Shown: positions 1-11,690 of the stretch, piece by piece
Position numbering within the stretch: the first letter of the stretch is position 1
How the letters are laid out: each line of letters begins with the position of its first letter
NCBI GenBank assembly: GCA_963825055.1
Contig: CAWGSK010000011.1
Coordinates: 96,001-160,000 of the forward strand
DNA length: 64,000 bases
Source: an uncultured Gemmatimonadales bacterium
Lineage (GTDB): Bacteria; Gemmatimonadota; Gemmatimonadetes; Gemmatimonadales; GWC2-71-9
Reading direction: 5' to 3'
The notes under the pieces: model-generated
What the model was told of the DNA's origin: nothing
The model's input: only the letters and a program-made list of their open reading frames with translations
Database searches by the model: none
Made by a program: the position numbers and the translations under genes

Positions 1-477
1 TGGAATCGACCGACCAGGTCACGGTCCCGCCGGCGGCGACATCTGCCGTGCCGGGATTGAACGCAAAGTTCACCGCGGTGACACCGATGGCGGAGGAGGC
101 AACCCGCACAAGGACTGTCATACTGTCCGTCTTCGTCACGCCGGCGGCCGTCGCGGAGGCGAGGATCCAGGTGGTACCCGCGGCTATTCCGGTGACCAGC
201 CCCGACCCGTCAACGGCAGCCACGGCAGCGTTGCGGATCTGGAACGTCGGCGTGACCGACATGGGGGCACCGTGCTGGTCCTTCGCCGTGACACTGAGGC
301 TGACCGTGCTCCCCGGACCAGCCGAATAGATCCCGCTGGAGACGGGGCTCACGGCAATCGACGTCAGGATGGGCAGGTCAGGTTCGGTCCCCCCCCCCCG
401 GAGTCGCCGCCACCGCAGGCGGCAAGGACGGTCAGGCAGGCGGGAAACAATAGCGAACGGCCGGTCGGGCTGTACAT
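1..477 (-). CDS. Lipoprotein with Ig-like (Big_2) domain followed by the start of a cupredoxin/plastocyanin-like domain; runs off the window edge; frameshift in a G11 run
   Basis: Manual minus-strand translation from ATG 477 gives MYSPTGRSLLFPACLTVLAACGGGDSGGG (lipobox LAAC). After a frame change at the C11 run (389-399) it reads TEPDLPILTSIAVSP...VAAVDGSGLVTGIAAGTTWILASA...NFAFNPGTADVAAGGTVTW. Not in the ORF track. Confidence 0.7.
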
Positions 478-619
478 GGTTCACCTCAGCGCAGGGAGTG
501 GGCGGCAAGTCGCCAGGAACGCCACAACTGGGCCGGGCCAACGTTCCGGCGATCCCCACGCTACTTCCGGAGGGATAGACGACGGTTAGTTTCCGGTCAA
601 TTCACCTGGACATACCGGC

Positions 620-3521
620 ATGTACCTCCTGCGTACCCTCGGCGCCTCTGGCCTGTGGCGGATTTCGACCCCCGTCGAGGCCATTAATTCGTACCGAAGT
701 GCGCTCGCCATCCTGATCATCCTGGCCACCGACGGACCCGTGACCCGGGATCGCCTCATGGCCCTGCTGTGGCCCGAGAGCGACACCGACCGGGCACGGG
801 GCTCACTGAAGCAGACGCTGCATGTCCTCCGTCGCCAGACGGAGGGACCTCCGGTCGTCCTCGGGCGGTCGACTCTCCACCTGAACACCGACGCACTCAC
901 CAGCGACGTGGCGTCGTTCCGGGCCGCCTTGGACACGGGAGATCATGCGGCGGCCGTGGCCCGGTACGGGGGCCCCTTCCTTGACGGCACCCACCTCGGC
1001 GCTTCCCGCGAGCTCCAGCAATGGGTGGACAGCCGGCGGGAGGCGCTCTCGTCCGGTTATCGCCAGGCACTCCGGCAGCTCGTGGAAGCCGCCGAGGACA
1101 CCGGCAATGCCGAGGAAGCGGTTCGGCTCTGGCGGCGCATCCAGGCGGAAGACCCGTACGACGATGTGGTATCGCTGCGCCTGATGCGAGCCCTGGCTGC
1201 CGCCGGACAACGCGCCGCGGCGTTGCGGCACTTCGCTGCCTACGAAGTGCTGCTCCGGGAAGAGGTGGGCCTCACACCCTCGACCGGCGTGCTGTCCTTC
1301 GCCGGGCAATTGCGACAGAGGGAAGCGGAGGGAGTGTCCGATTCGCCGCCGGAGCGTCTGCGTCCGCCACCCCCGCCGCCGTGCCAGCAGCAACACCTGG
1401 GAGTCGGCGCCGCTGGCCGGTAGTGGCGGCCGTTCTGGTCACACTCGCCATCGTGCTGGCCGTCGGTCTGAGCGTACGAGACGATGATGCGCCGGTCGCA
1501 GTGGATGCCGACCTCGTGGCGATCGCGCCGTTCGAGACGCCGGATACCACCCTGCTCGTCTGGGGGGAGGGACTGGCCGACATCCTGGGGCAGTCGCTCG
1601 ACGGCGCTGGCCCGCTCCGCACCGTGGCCCCATCCGTCGCGATTCGCCGCTGGGAAGGGAGGGCCGACCGCCCCTCTGCCGACCGACTGGGCCACCGGAC
1701 TGGGGCCGGCATCGTTGTTGTCGGCCAGCTGGTCCGACTTGGCCCTGATTCAGTCCGCGTGCGCGCAACCATCCTGGACCGGACGTCCCGGACGGAGACA
1801 GCTGACATCGAGGTGGCCGGGGAGGAAACCCGGATGGGACAACTGTCCGACTCGCTGACTGTCCATATTCTCCGGGCCTTGGGCCGCCATCGCGCGGTCG
1901 GATCGGTCCAGAACGTCTCGATCACCTCCCGGTCGCTTCCGGCGCTGAAGGCCTTCCTCCGGGGAGAACAGTTCTACCGCCGCGGGGATGCGGATTCCGC
2001 GCTCGCCGAATACGATCGGGCCATTGCCGCGGACAGCACCTTTGCCCTCGCCCTCCGGCGCATGGGATGGCTGATCGGATCCGGCACGCCGTCCTCCGGC
2101 CGATACGAACCGCAGCAGTCGTACATCCGTCGCGCCGTACGGTGGAACCGCGGACTCTCGACCCGCGACAGCGTCCTGCTGACCGGCGACTCCCTCCGGC
2201 TGCACTATCTCGACGCCAGCACGGTCGAGGAATTCATCAGCGGCTACTGGCGGTCAGTCCAGAGCCTGGAGTTGCTGGCAAGACGGTATCCCGAGGATCC
2301 GGCCATCTGGTATGACCTCGCCGAGCGACGCATCCACGCCCCTCCACCACTGGGCGGCTTCGCGGGCCCGGCGCTCGAGGCGTTCGAACGGACGATTGCG
2401 CTCGATTCGGCATTCGCGCCTGCCTACATGCACATACCGCGACTCGCGCTCCAGCTCGGTCGGGACTCGACGGCTGCGGGCTACGCCAGCCGCTACCGGC
2501 GCCAGCACCTTGAGGAATCCTTTGCCCGGCGATCCAGCTTCTCAGTGACATTCTGTCGGCCGGCGGGCTCGACCGCCCCAGCATCCGGGAGGAGGTCCGG
2601 GAGGCGAGCCTGGCCAAGCTGGAGTGGACCGGCGCCGACCACCTCCGCTGGTGGACCGACAGCGGAGAGGCGGCCGTCTCGGTGCTCCGTGAGCTGGTCG
2701 AGGGAAACCACTCGGCCCACGGCGCAGACCAGGAAACGCGGGATCCGCTGCTTCAACGGCAGAGACTGGCCATGCTGCTGGCGTTCCGGGGCCATCTCTC
2801 GGAAGCGGCCACGACGGATGCGCAACTACTGGCGGACGAGGAAGCGTCTTCCTTTTCCGCGGTATTCGACCCGTTCCTGGACCTGGCATTGTTCGGTGTA
2901 ATCGCGGATTCCCAGGCACGGCGAACATTCGCCCGTGCCTGGTCGCCCGATGCGGACTGGGCGGTGGGACGACCGCTTCCGCGCCCCCCTCGCTTCCTGG
3001 CCGGCCTGCCCTGGTGGTATGCCAAAGGCGATACGGTTTCCCTGATCCGGCTGATGGAGCGCGCCATCACCACAGGCGAACGAGGCTCTCCGGTCGCAGT
3101 CCTTCGCGCCAGGTACTACGGGAGCTCCGCGGCGGCCTATCTCGCCCTGCTGCGCGGGGACTCGGCCCGGGCCACGCAGGGCTTCAGCGCCGTCCCCGAT
3201 ACTCTGTGCATCGTTGCAGATTGCCTGCCTGAAAAGATCCTGCTGGCTAAGCTTCTCGACGCGAGGGGCGATCATGACCGGGCCACGGCCCTCCTCGATC
3301 AATGGTTCCAGACTATGGAGGCCCGCCCCCTGATCGTGCTGCTCGCCCTGGAGCGCGGACGGATCGCCGAGCGCCTGGGGGATTCCCACGGCGCAGTGCG
3401 GCACTATCGCTTCGTGCTTGAAGCATGGCAGCGGCCTGACCCGCGGCTGGAAGGATATGTGGCGTTTGCACGTGAGGGGCTGCGCCGGGTCGCCGCCGAA
3501 CGGGACCGGAACGCTCCCTGA
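620..3521 (+). CDS. SARP/BTAD-domain transcriptional activator with TM segment, TolB-like domain and TPRs; split by two frameshifts (~1350, ~2510)
   Basis: ORF 620-1423 has a wHTH+BTAD (RDRLMALLWPESDTDRARGSLKQTLHVLRR; DPYDD..LMRALAAAGQRAAALRHF). ORF 1021-2901 has a TM segment, VAIAPF and TPR (AIAADSTFALA). ORF 2682-3521 has C-terminal TPRs. Confidence 0.8.
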
Positions 3522-3703
3522 CCGTGCGGGGCATGAGGGTTGCCGCCGGTGTCGCCCGGCACACCCGCCTCCGGCTGGCAGAGACCTCGCACCCATGGTG
3601 GCGCCCGCGCCTGGGATTTCCCGGACCGCTTGTCCCGCTACTCAATGCAGATTCCGGCCATCCCGCCGGCCATCCCTGCACGATCCCCTGGAGCGGACCG
3701 CCC

Positions 3704-6700
3704 ATGAAACGCGTGACCTTCACCTGCGTCCTGCTGGCGATTGCGTGCACCGCCCTTGCCGGCTGGCAGGCCAGCGCGCAGGCCGTGACTCCCTGCTGCA
3801 CCATCACGCTCCATGTCAGGGTACCGGAGGGCACGGGACCCGTGTACCTGGCCGGCAGCTTACCGTCACTCGGCCCCTGGCGTCCGGACGGGCTCCTGCT
3901 CGACGGCAGGGGGCGAAGCCGCACCGGCCACATGACAGTGCCTCCCGGAACGACGTTCGAGTACAAGTTCACCCTCGGCACATGGGAGCGCGAAGCGCTG
4001 ACACATGCCGGCATCGTTCCGCCGAACCATCGGCTCATGGTCCAGCGTGACACGACCGTGCGCCACGTGATAGAGAACTTCAAGAAGGGACAGGAGGCAT
4101 ACATCGCGGACTGGCAGGGCTCCGGGGTCAAGGGTCGCCTGGTCTACTGGATCGACGTGGCCTCCAGGTTCCTCGGACCCACGCGCAACGTGGAGATCTG
4201 GCTGCCCCCGGGCTACGACACGGATACCACCCGGCGTTACCCTGTGCTTTACATGCACGACGGCCAGAACCTGTTCGATCCACGTATCGCGAATACGGGA
4301 ACTGACTGGGGCGTGGATGAGGCCATCACCCGTCTGGTCGAGCAGGGAACAATCCCGCCGGTAATCGTGGTCGGGGTCTGGAACACCAGCGAACGCCTCC
4401 GTGAGTACTCACCGTGGGACGGTGCCCCGGGCTATGCAAGGTTCCTCATCGAGGAACTGATGCCACGCGTGAACCGGGAGTTCCGCACCCTGACAGGGCC
4501 CGGGCATACGGGGGTCATGGGCTCCTCGCTTGGCGGGCTTCTCTCCTTCTATCTGGTGACCCGTCACCCGGACGTGTTTGGCGCCTGCGGGTGCGAATCC
4601 ACCTCGTTCCAGCTCTCGGAGGCGGTCATCGCGCGGTTCCTTCCGACCGCGGTTTCCAGCTCCCAGCCGGACACGACACCGTACATCATTCGTGACATCG
4701 CGAACGGTTTCCAGGCGCCGCCCGGCATCCGGATGCGTTTCGACTACGGCTCGCTCGAGGATTCGTCCTTCACGCCCGCGCACCAGGCCGTCCGCCGCTG
4801 GCTCCTGGGCCAGGGGCTGGTGGAGGGCCGTGATTTCGTGGTCCGGCAGTACGCGGGCGCCAGGCACAACGAGGCATCATGGCGCGCCCGGCTGGAAGAC
4901 CCGCTCCGGTTCATGTTCGGGGCACCCGGCCGAGATGTGAACCTCGACGTGCCGGCGTGGTCGAAGGACGCCATCTGGTACCAGATCTTCGCCGAGCGCT
5001 TCCGGAACGGTGACACGTCGAACGACCCGACCGCGCACGACATCCAGGGGTTCTCGGGGGACTCCGTGCCGCCGGGATGGGCGGTCACGCCGTGGTCGCA
5101 TGACTGGTACGCGCTCGACCCCTGGGCCCGGCAGGCCGGGATGGATTTCAACGGCGAAATCCAGTTCCGTCGCTACGGCGGCGACCTCCAGGGCGTGCTC
5201 GACAAGCTGGACTACCTCCAGCGCCTTGGCGTCACCGCACTCTACTTCAACCCGCTCAATGACGCCCCCTCGCTTCACAAGTACGACGCCCGGAACTATC
5301 GCCACATCGACCGGAACTTCGGCCCCGACCCGCGGGGTGACGAGGCGCTGATGGCGACGGAACGGCCGGACGACCCCGCCACATGGACGTGGACGGCCGC
5401 CGATACGCTCTTCCTCACCGTCGTGCGGGAAGCGCATCGCCGCGGCATGAAGGTGATCCTGGACTACTCGTGGAATCACACCGGCATCATGTTCTGGGCA
5501 TGGCAGAACATCCTCGACCGGCAGGCTGCGTCGCTGTATGCCAACTGGTACATGGTGGAGCGGTTCGACGACCCCGCGACGCCGGACACGAATGAATTCG
5601 CCTACCGCGGCTGGGCCGGCGTGCCATGGCTTCCGGAGTTGAAGAAGATCGGCCGGCCCGACGGGCTCACGAAGGGCCCGATCCCCGGAAACCTCGTGCC
5701 GGCGGTGAAGCAGCTGATCTTCGATGTGTCGCGGCGCTGGCTGGACCCGGATGGAAACGGCGACCCATCCGACGGCATCGACGGCTTCCGGCTGGATGTC
5801 GCGGAGATGGTACCACTGGGCTTCTGGCGGGACTACCGGCGGTTCGTCCGGAGCATCAATCCCGAGGCATACCTGGTCGGCGAGATCTGGTGGGACCAGT
5901 GGCCGGACACGTACTACGATCCGTCCCCCTGGCTCCAGGGGGACGTCTTCGACGCGGTCATGAACTACCGCTGGTACCTCCCGACCCGTGGGTTCTTCGC
6001 CCGGACCCATCCATCCCTCACCGCCACGCAGTACGCTGCCAGGCTTGATGCCCTGGGCGCCGGTATCGATTCCGCGAGCCAGCGGGCCATGATGAACCTG
6101 ACGGCGAGCCACGACACGCCACGCTTCAGCACCTCCATCTACAACCCCGGCCGGTACAAGGTGCACAACCGGGCCTGGGAAGACTCCACGTATCGCATTG
6201 ACCGGCCCGACGGGCGCACCCGCGAGATTCAACGGATGATCCTGGCCCAGCAGTTCACCTGGATCGGGGCGCCGCACATCTGGAACGGTGACGAGGTGGG
6301 CATGTGGGGCGCGGACGATCCGGACGAACGGAAGCCAATGGTCTGGGCCGACCTCTCCTACGAGAACGAGCGAATGGACCCGCTCGGCCGACCCCGGCGG
6401 CCCGATCGCGTCGCTCCCGACACGGCGCTCTACAACACGTACCGCACCCTGATCGCGCTCCGGAAGGCCAATCTCCCACTCTTCGTTAACGGGAGCGTGT
6501 CCTGGCTCCTCACCGACGACGCCCGGAACCTGCTCGTGTACGCGCGCCAGCTGGACGGCCGCCGGGCGATCGTCGCTTTCAATGCCTCGGACTCTCCGCA
6601 GGACATCACCGTGAAGGCCGGCGGCCGGTTCCGCATGGTCTTCCCCGCGGGCGCCGTCACCTCAACGCAGGGCGGCCAGCTCCGCGCCCGGCTTCCAGCC

Positions 6701-6730
6701 CGATCGGCCAGGGTGTGGATCAACGAATGA
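3704..6730 (+). CDS. Secreted fusion: CBM20 + alpha/beta-hydrolase (putative esterase) + GH13 neopullulanase/cyclomaltodextrinase-like
   Basis: Signal peptide MKRVTFTCVLLA. CBM20 motifs VYLAGSLPSLGPW and FEYKFTLGTW. Esterase motifs YPVLYMHDGQNLF, GSSLGG and HNEASW. GH13 motifs AIWYQIFAERFRNGD, YGGDLQGV, DGFRLDVA, LVGEIW and SHDTPR. Confidence 0.9.
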   Translation: MKRVTFTCVLLAIACTALAGWQASAQAVTPCCTITLHVRVPEGTGPVYLAGSLPSLGPWRPDGLLLDGRGRSRTGHMTVPPGTTFEYKFTLGTWEREALTHAGIVPPNHRLMVQRDTTVRHVIENFKKGQEAYIADWQGSGVKGRLVYWIDVASRFLGPTRNVEIWLPPGYDTDTTRRYPVLYMHDGQNLFDPRIANTGTDWGVDEAITRLVEQGTIPPVIVVGVWNTSERLREYSPWDGAPGYARFLIEELMPRVNREFRTLTGPGHTGVMGSSLGGLLSFYLVTRHPDVFGACGCESTSFQLSEAVIARFLPTAVSSSQPDTTPYIIRDIANGFQAPPGIRMRFDYGSLEDSSFTPAHQAVRRWLLGQGLVEGRDFVVRQYAGARHNEASWRARLEDPLRFMFGAPGRDVNLDVPAWSKDAIWYQIFAERFRNGDTSNDPTAHDIQGFSGDSVPPGWAVTPWSHDWYALDPWARQAGMDFNGEIQFRRYGGDLQGVLDKLDYLQRLGVTALYFNPLNDAPSLHKYDARNYRHIDRNFGPDPRGDEALMATERPDDPATWTWTAADTLFLTVVREAHRRGMKVILDYSWNHTGIMFWAWQNILDRQAASLYANWYMVERFDDPATPDTNEFAYRGWAGVPWLPELKKIGRPDGLTKGPIPGNLVPAVKQLIFDVSRRWLDPDGNGDPSDGIDGFRLDVAEMVPLGFWRDYRRFVRSINPEAYLVGEIWWDQWPDTYYDPSPWLQGDVFDAVMNYRWYLPTRGFFARTHPSLTATQYAARLDALGAGIDSASQRAMMNLTASHDTPRFSTSIYNPGRYKVHNRAWEDSTYRIDRPDGRTREIQRMILAQQFTWIGAPHIWNGDEVGMWGADDPDERKPMVWADLSYENERMDPLGRPRRPDRVAPDTALYNTYRTLIALRKANLPLFVNGSVSWLLTDDARNLLVYARQLDGRRAIVAFNASDSPQDITVKAGGRFRMVFPAGAVTSTQGGQLRARLPARSARVWINE

Positions 6731-9346
6731 CACCCATGAAGCGGCGTGACTTCGTGAAGGGCACGGCCGTGACGGCCGCCCTCTCGGCGCTCCCAGCCCT
6801 GGCGGCTCCCTGGCCGGTTTCCCGTGGCGATGGCCCCACCCGACCCGGGTTCAACCGGGACTGGCGCTTCCACCTCGGCGATGCGCCGGGCGCGGAGCTG
6901 GCCGCCTTTGACGACAGCGCCTGGGGCGCCGCGACCCTCCCGCACACCGCCCGGATCGAGAGCGTGGTCACCGGACCGCCGGGAAGCGGCACGTACCAGT
7001 GGCAGGGCACCTGCTGGTACCGCCGGCACTTCACGCTGGACCGAAAGGATGCCGGCCAGAAGGTGTTCCTGCATTTCGAGGGCGCCATGAACGTGGCGGA
7101 CCTCTGGCTCAACGGGGACCACCTGGGGCGCCACCGGGGAGGCTGGCTCCCGTTCGCTTTCGACATTTCCTCTCGGGTCAGGGCCGGCGACAACGTCCTC
7201 TCGGTGCGGCTCGACAACCGGGACGACCCGGTGACCGGCCCCAAGCCGCTCGACCAGCTGGACTTCAACTCCTATCACGGGATCTACCGGAACGCGCACC
7301 TGGTCCTCAAGGACACGCTGTACATCACCGATCCGATCCTCGCGGACCAGCCTGCGGGCGGCGGGCTCTTCGTCACCTTCCCTGATGTTTCAAAGGACGC
7401 TGCGACCGTGCGGGTGCAGGTGCATGTCCGGAACGACGGCTCCACCGCGCGCCGATTCAGGGTGCGGACGATGCTCCGGCACGATGACCGAGTGGCGGCC
7501 GAGGGCGGCTCCGGCATCGTGGAGCTGGCACCGGGGGAAGACCGGCACGTGGTGCAGGAAGTCCGGGTGAAGTCACCCGCGCTCTGGAGCCCGCGCCGGC
7601 CGGAACTCCATACCGTCCAGGCCGAGGTGGTGGAGGATGGCGCGGTGGTGGACATCGTGACGGCCCGCATCGGGATCCGCCGGATCGAGATGTCTACGGA
7701 GGGATTCCGGGTCAACGGCGAGCCGATGTTCCTCCGCGGCACCAACCGGCACCAGGAGTACCCGTACGTGGGCTACGCGCTGTCCGACGAGGCCCAGTAC
7801 CGTGACGCCAGGAAGATCAAGGAAGCCGGCTTCGACTATATCCGTCTGTCGCACTACGCCCACGCTCCCGCCTTCATGGATGCCTGTGACGAGCTGGGGC
7901 TCGTGGTCATGGACTGCATTCCCGGGTGGCAGTTCTTCAACCGGGAGGACCCTGCTTTTACCCGGCTCCAGTATGCCAACTGTCGCCGGCTCATCCGGCG
8001 GGACCGGAATCATCCCTGTGTGATCCTGTGGGAGGTCTCGCTCAACGAGACGGGCATGCCACCGGAGTTCGTCAGGACCACGCACGCCATCGCGCACGAG
8101 GAATACCCGGGGGACCAGTGTTACACCTGCGGCTGGATGCGGGGGTACGACGTCTTCATCCAGGCCCGCCAGCACGGCGGATGCCGCGACGTCACCGACG
8201 TGCCGTGCGTGGTGAGCGAGTATGGCGACTGGGAATATTATGCCCAGAACGCCGGGCTGAACCAGCAGACATGGGCCGACCTGGCGCCCGACGCGGCCAA
8301 CAGCCGGCAGCTCCGCTGGCACGGGGAGGCCGGGTTGCTCCAGCAGGCCACCAACTTCCAGGAAGCGCACAACGACAACCGGAAGACCATCGCCTTCGCC
8401 GACGGCCTGTGGGTCATGTACGACTACAACCGGGGCTATGCGCCGGACATCGAGTCATCCGGCTGCATGGACCTCTTCAGGATCGCGAAGCCCTCATACC
8501 ACCTCTTCAGGAGCCAGCGCGACCCTGGCGAGCGGTTCGTGACCGCCTCCACGGGCCCGATGGTGTTCATCGCCAGCGACTGGACGCCCGACTCCCCGCG
8601 GGAGGTCCGCGTCTTCAGCAACTGCGAGGAGGTGGTACTGACCCTGAACGGGGCGCGGGTGGATCGGCGGAAGCCCGACACGGACCGGCTCTCGACGGAC
8701 CTGGCCCATCCGCCGTTCACGTTCACCCTCGAACGGTTTACGCCAGGCACGCTGCAGGCGACGGGCTATGTCGGCGAGCGCGCGGTGGCCCGGCATGCCG
8801 TGCGGACGCCGGGAGCGGTGGAGCGGCTGGAACTCGCGCTGGACGAGAACGGACGTCCGTTCGCCCGCGGGGGAAAAGACGTGGCGTTCCTGTACGCGGC
8901 ACTCCGGGACGCGCACGGCACCGTCGTGCCGGGCGCGTGGGAGAACGTCTTCTTCGGGGTGACCGGTCCGGTGGAGCTGGTGGGCGCCAATCCCTTCTCT
9001 TCAGAGGCTGGTATCGCGAGCATCCTGCTGCAGGCACCGGCGGCCGGACCGCGTGCGACGGTGCATGCCCTCGCCATCCTGCGGGACGGGGACCAGGCCC
9101 GCATCCTCCACGGCAGCTTGAGCGTGGGCCGGGGGGGCCGGCCCCGTGGAGATCCGGGTCACCACGGACGGCAGCGCGCCCGGAACCGATTCCGACCTCT
9201 ACCGGGCGCCCTTCGCGGCCCCCGGCCGGGTGCGGGCCGCGCTCCATGCCAGGGGGAAACGGATCGTCGAGGCGGATACGGAAGCTTCCCGGTTCCGTAT
9301 CCCCGGCAGCACCGCCAAGAAGTATGAGGTATATGTAAATAGTTAA
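6727..9346 (+). CDS. Tat-exported GH2 beta-galactosidase/beta-glycosidase; C-terminal Fn3-associated domain frameshifted (~9135); true end obscured by the A-rich block
   Basis: Tat motif KRRDFVK. GH2 motifs FLHFEGAM, LRGTNRHQEYP, IRLSHY, RDRNHPCVILWEVSLNE and VSEYG. ORF 9146-9346 (EIRVTTDGSAP..SDLYRAPF) continues the protein after a G run. Confidence 0.88.
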
Positions 9347-11230
9347 GAGAGAGAGAAGTTAGAGAAAAAAAGAATAAAAAGAAAAAAGATTAAAATAATA
9401 GAATGATGAAAAATATAAGATATGTTGTGCTAAAAATTATATTATAAATGTATTATATAGCAAATATGCGCATCGAAATATTTATACATACGATAAGATA
9501 AATAACAAATACAAAGATGCGAGTGAAAAAGAAGATATGATAAAAAAAAAGAGAAATAAAAATGAAGCAATGATAAAATTGAAAAAAATTATTCTATAGA
9601 AAAATATGATTCTCGTTTCGTGATCTGAAGATATCACTCTAGACATGCTATACGCCATGTTAGATAATCAAATAAGTTGACTAGACAAAAGAATAAATAG
9701 AAAATTTAAAAGGAAAAATGAGAAAAGATATACAAATAAACTATAAAAAAAACTATAAATTTTTATTATTTTTATATAAAATTATAGATTATACTCTCTA
9801 ACATATAATTATAATTATTCGCTAACCTAAAATATAATAAATAAAAATAATAATAATAATAAAAAAATAAATATGATAATATTAGATAATTAGATACTAT
9901 ATAAACCAATAGATAATTTTCTACTCGACTAATAATAATTTATATTACTACTATCCTCTCCCCTTAAAATAAATTCTATCCAAATAAATACTATATAAAT
10001 AAACTAACACGAACTAAAATTTCTACAATAAAAACAAAAAAAAAAAAAAATACGACAAATAAAAAAATATATAATCCACGACATATTTACTCAAAAATAA
10101 TAATACTAAAAATAAATAAAAACAAAGATTAACAAAAAAATAAATACTACCCTAATAATACAACTCGATAAAACATAACCGATAACGATATTTACTGACA
10201 AAGATATACGAACATCTTATACTAAGAAAAAGAGAAGAAAAAAGATATAGATTATGAGAAAATATAAGATAAAAAAAAGATAAAAAATGAGATAATTATA
10301 TAAGTTGATTCTCTTCCAAATAATATTTACATACATGAAAGAATATATCACCGCTTTCCGTTATTCTTCTATATAAAAATAAAAAAAGAAAAAAAAAGAA
10401 TAGAAGATAAAAGAGATAATGATAGACACTAACCAATTACCTAAAGAAAAACATAAGATAATATAAAAAAATGAAGAGAGAGAAAAAATAAACTTTCATC
10501 TAATAAATATAAGATGATAATAAAACTATATGTCTATGTGCCGTAATCCCCGGCAGCAACCGCCCCGGATTTAGATGATAATTTATGAATACTACTATTT
10601 ATTATTTTAGATGATATTTCTACCTTATTCTCCAAATATAATAATAAATATAACTATATATAATTTACACTAAAAAGATATATTATATATAATGATATTA
10701 TTATATAACTATTCATATGATTCTTCCAATTAAAAAAAAAAAATATTATAAGAGAAGATAATAGAAAAAAATAAAATAATAACTAAAGATAAGTTAGAAA
10801 ATTTATAACTATTCCAAAAAAATTAATAAAAAAGAATATATATTATAAAAATAATTACTATAATAATATAAATTACTACTTTCCCACCAACTACTAATCT
10901 TCCAAAATAAGAAAAATAATATAACTATAAAATCTCCAATAATGATAATCGATAACACTTAAGATTCTATCCTAAAACACAAATAATATTAAACGATACT
11001 ATGCTTACCCCCAATAAAAAAACGATAAATCCTCAACAAATAATAAACATAAAAAAAACCCTAAAAATCAAAAAAAAAGACAACGATAAAAAATAACAAA
11101 TAAAATTCCAAAAAAAAAAAAAAAAAAAAAGATTACTATGATACTATAATAAGATACTATGACTATATACAACGATACTAATACACCACATGCTAACCCG
11201 ATAAAGCTAAAGCGATAAAAAGCATTCCCC
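9317..11230. other. A-rich low-complexity block; probable base-calling or assembly artefact
   Basis: Abrupt switch from high GC to an A-dominated sequence with poly-A runs (21 A at 11110-11130) and no ORF of 60 aa or more. It contains an A-inserted echo (10541-10564) of flanking 9295-9316 and grades into garbled coding sequence. Confidence 0.75.
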
Positions 11231-11690
11231 CGTCTCGATGCGCTAGCCTACGACGACCTACGTGCCATCGCTCACCGACGCCTGCGCCGAACGATGGATG
11301 AGCTAGCGACCACGACCCTTTACACGAGGCCTACCTCAAGCAAAAGAGACACGCCAACGACAGAGGCAGAGCCGCGCTAACTACTACGCCTACGCCTCCC
11401 GGGCCATGCGCCACATCCTGGTCGAATACGCTCGGCGGAGCTACGCGCAGCGCCGCGTGACGACGCCTCCGTCACCCTGCACGAGAACGCGATATCTAGG
11501 GCGAAAGGCGCTGATGACGTGCTCGGCAACGACGAAGCGATAACCGACTGGCGAGCGCCATCCGCGCATGGCGCAGATCGTGGAACCCGACTACGACGGG
11601 CTCCGTCGAAGAATAGTAGAGGCGCTGCAGACCTCGGTGCGGACCGTCGAGCGTGAATGTACCCGGCTAAATATACCTGCTGGAGGACCT
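11230..11690 (+). pseudogene. ECF-type RNA polymerase sigma factor (kinase-associated type), heavily frameshifted
   Basis: Fragments across frames: YDDLRAIAHRRLRR, HEAYLK, RAMRHILVEYARR, VTLHEN, MAQIVE, EALQTSVRTVERE. It lies directly upstream of a Ser/Thr kinase. Confidence 0.75.

Noticed and set aside
9295..10564. Diversity-generating retroelement TR/VR pair suggested by the A-altered echo
   Set aside because: The match is only ~22 nt, the differences are A insertions rather than A-to-N substitutions, and no reverse transcriptase is present.
9317..11230. AT-rich block as a horizontally acquired island, phage or eukaryotic DNA
   Set aside because: It has no ORFs or mobility genes, an extreme one-strand A skew, an echo of flanking sequence and a gradual transition into garbled host genes. 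An artefact fits better.
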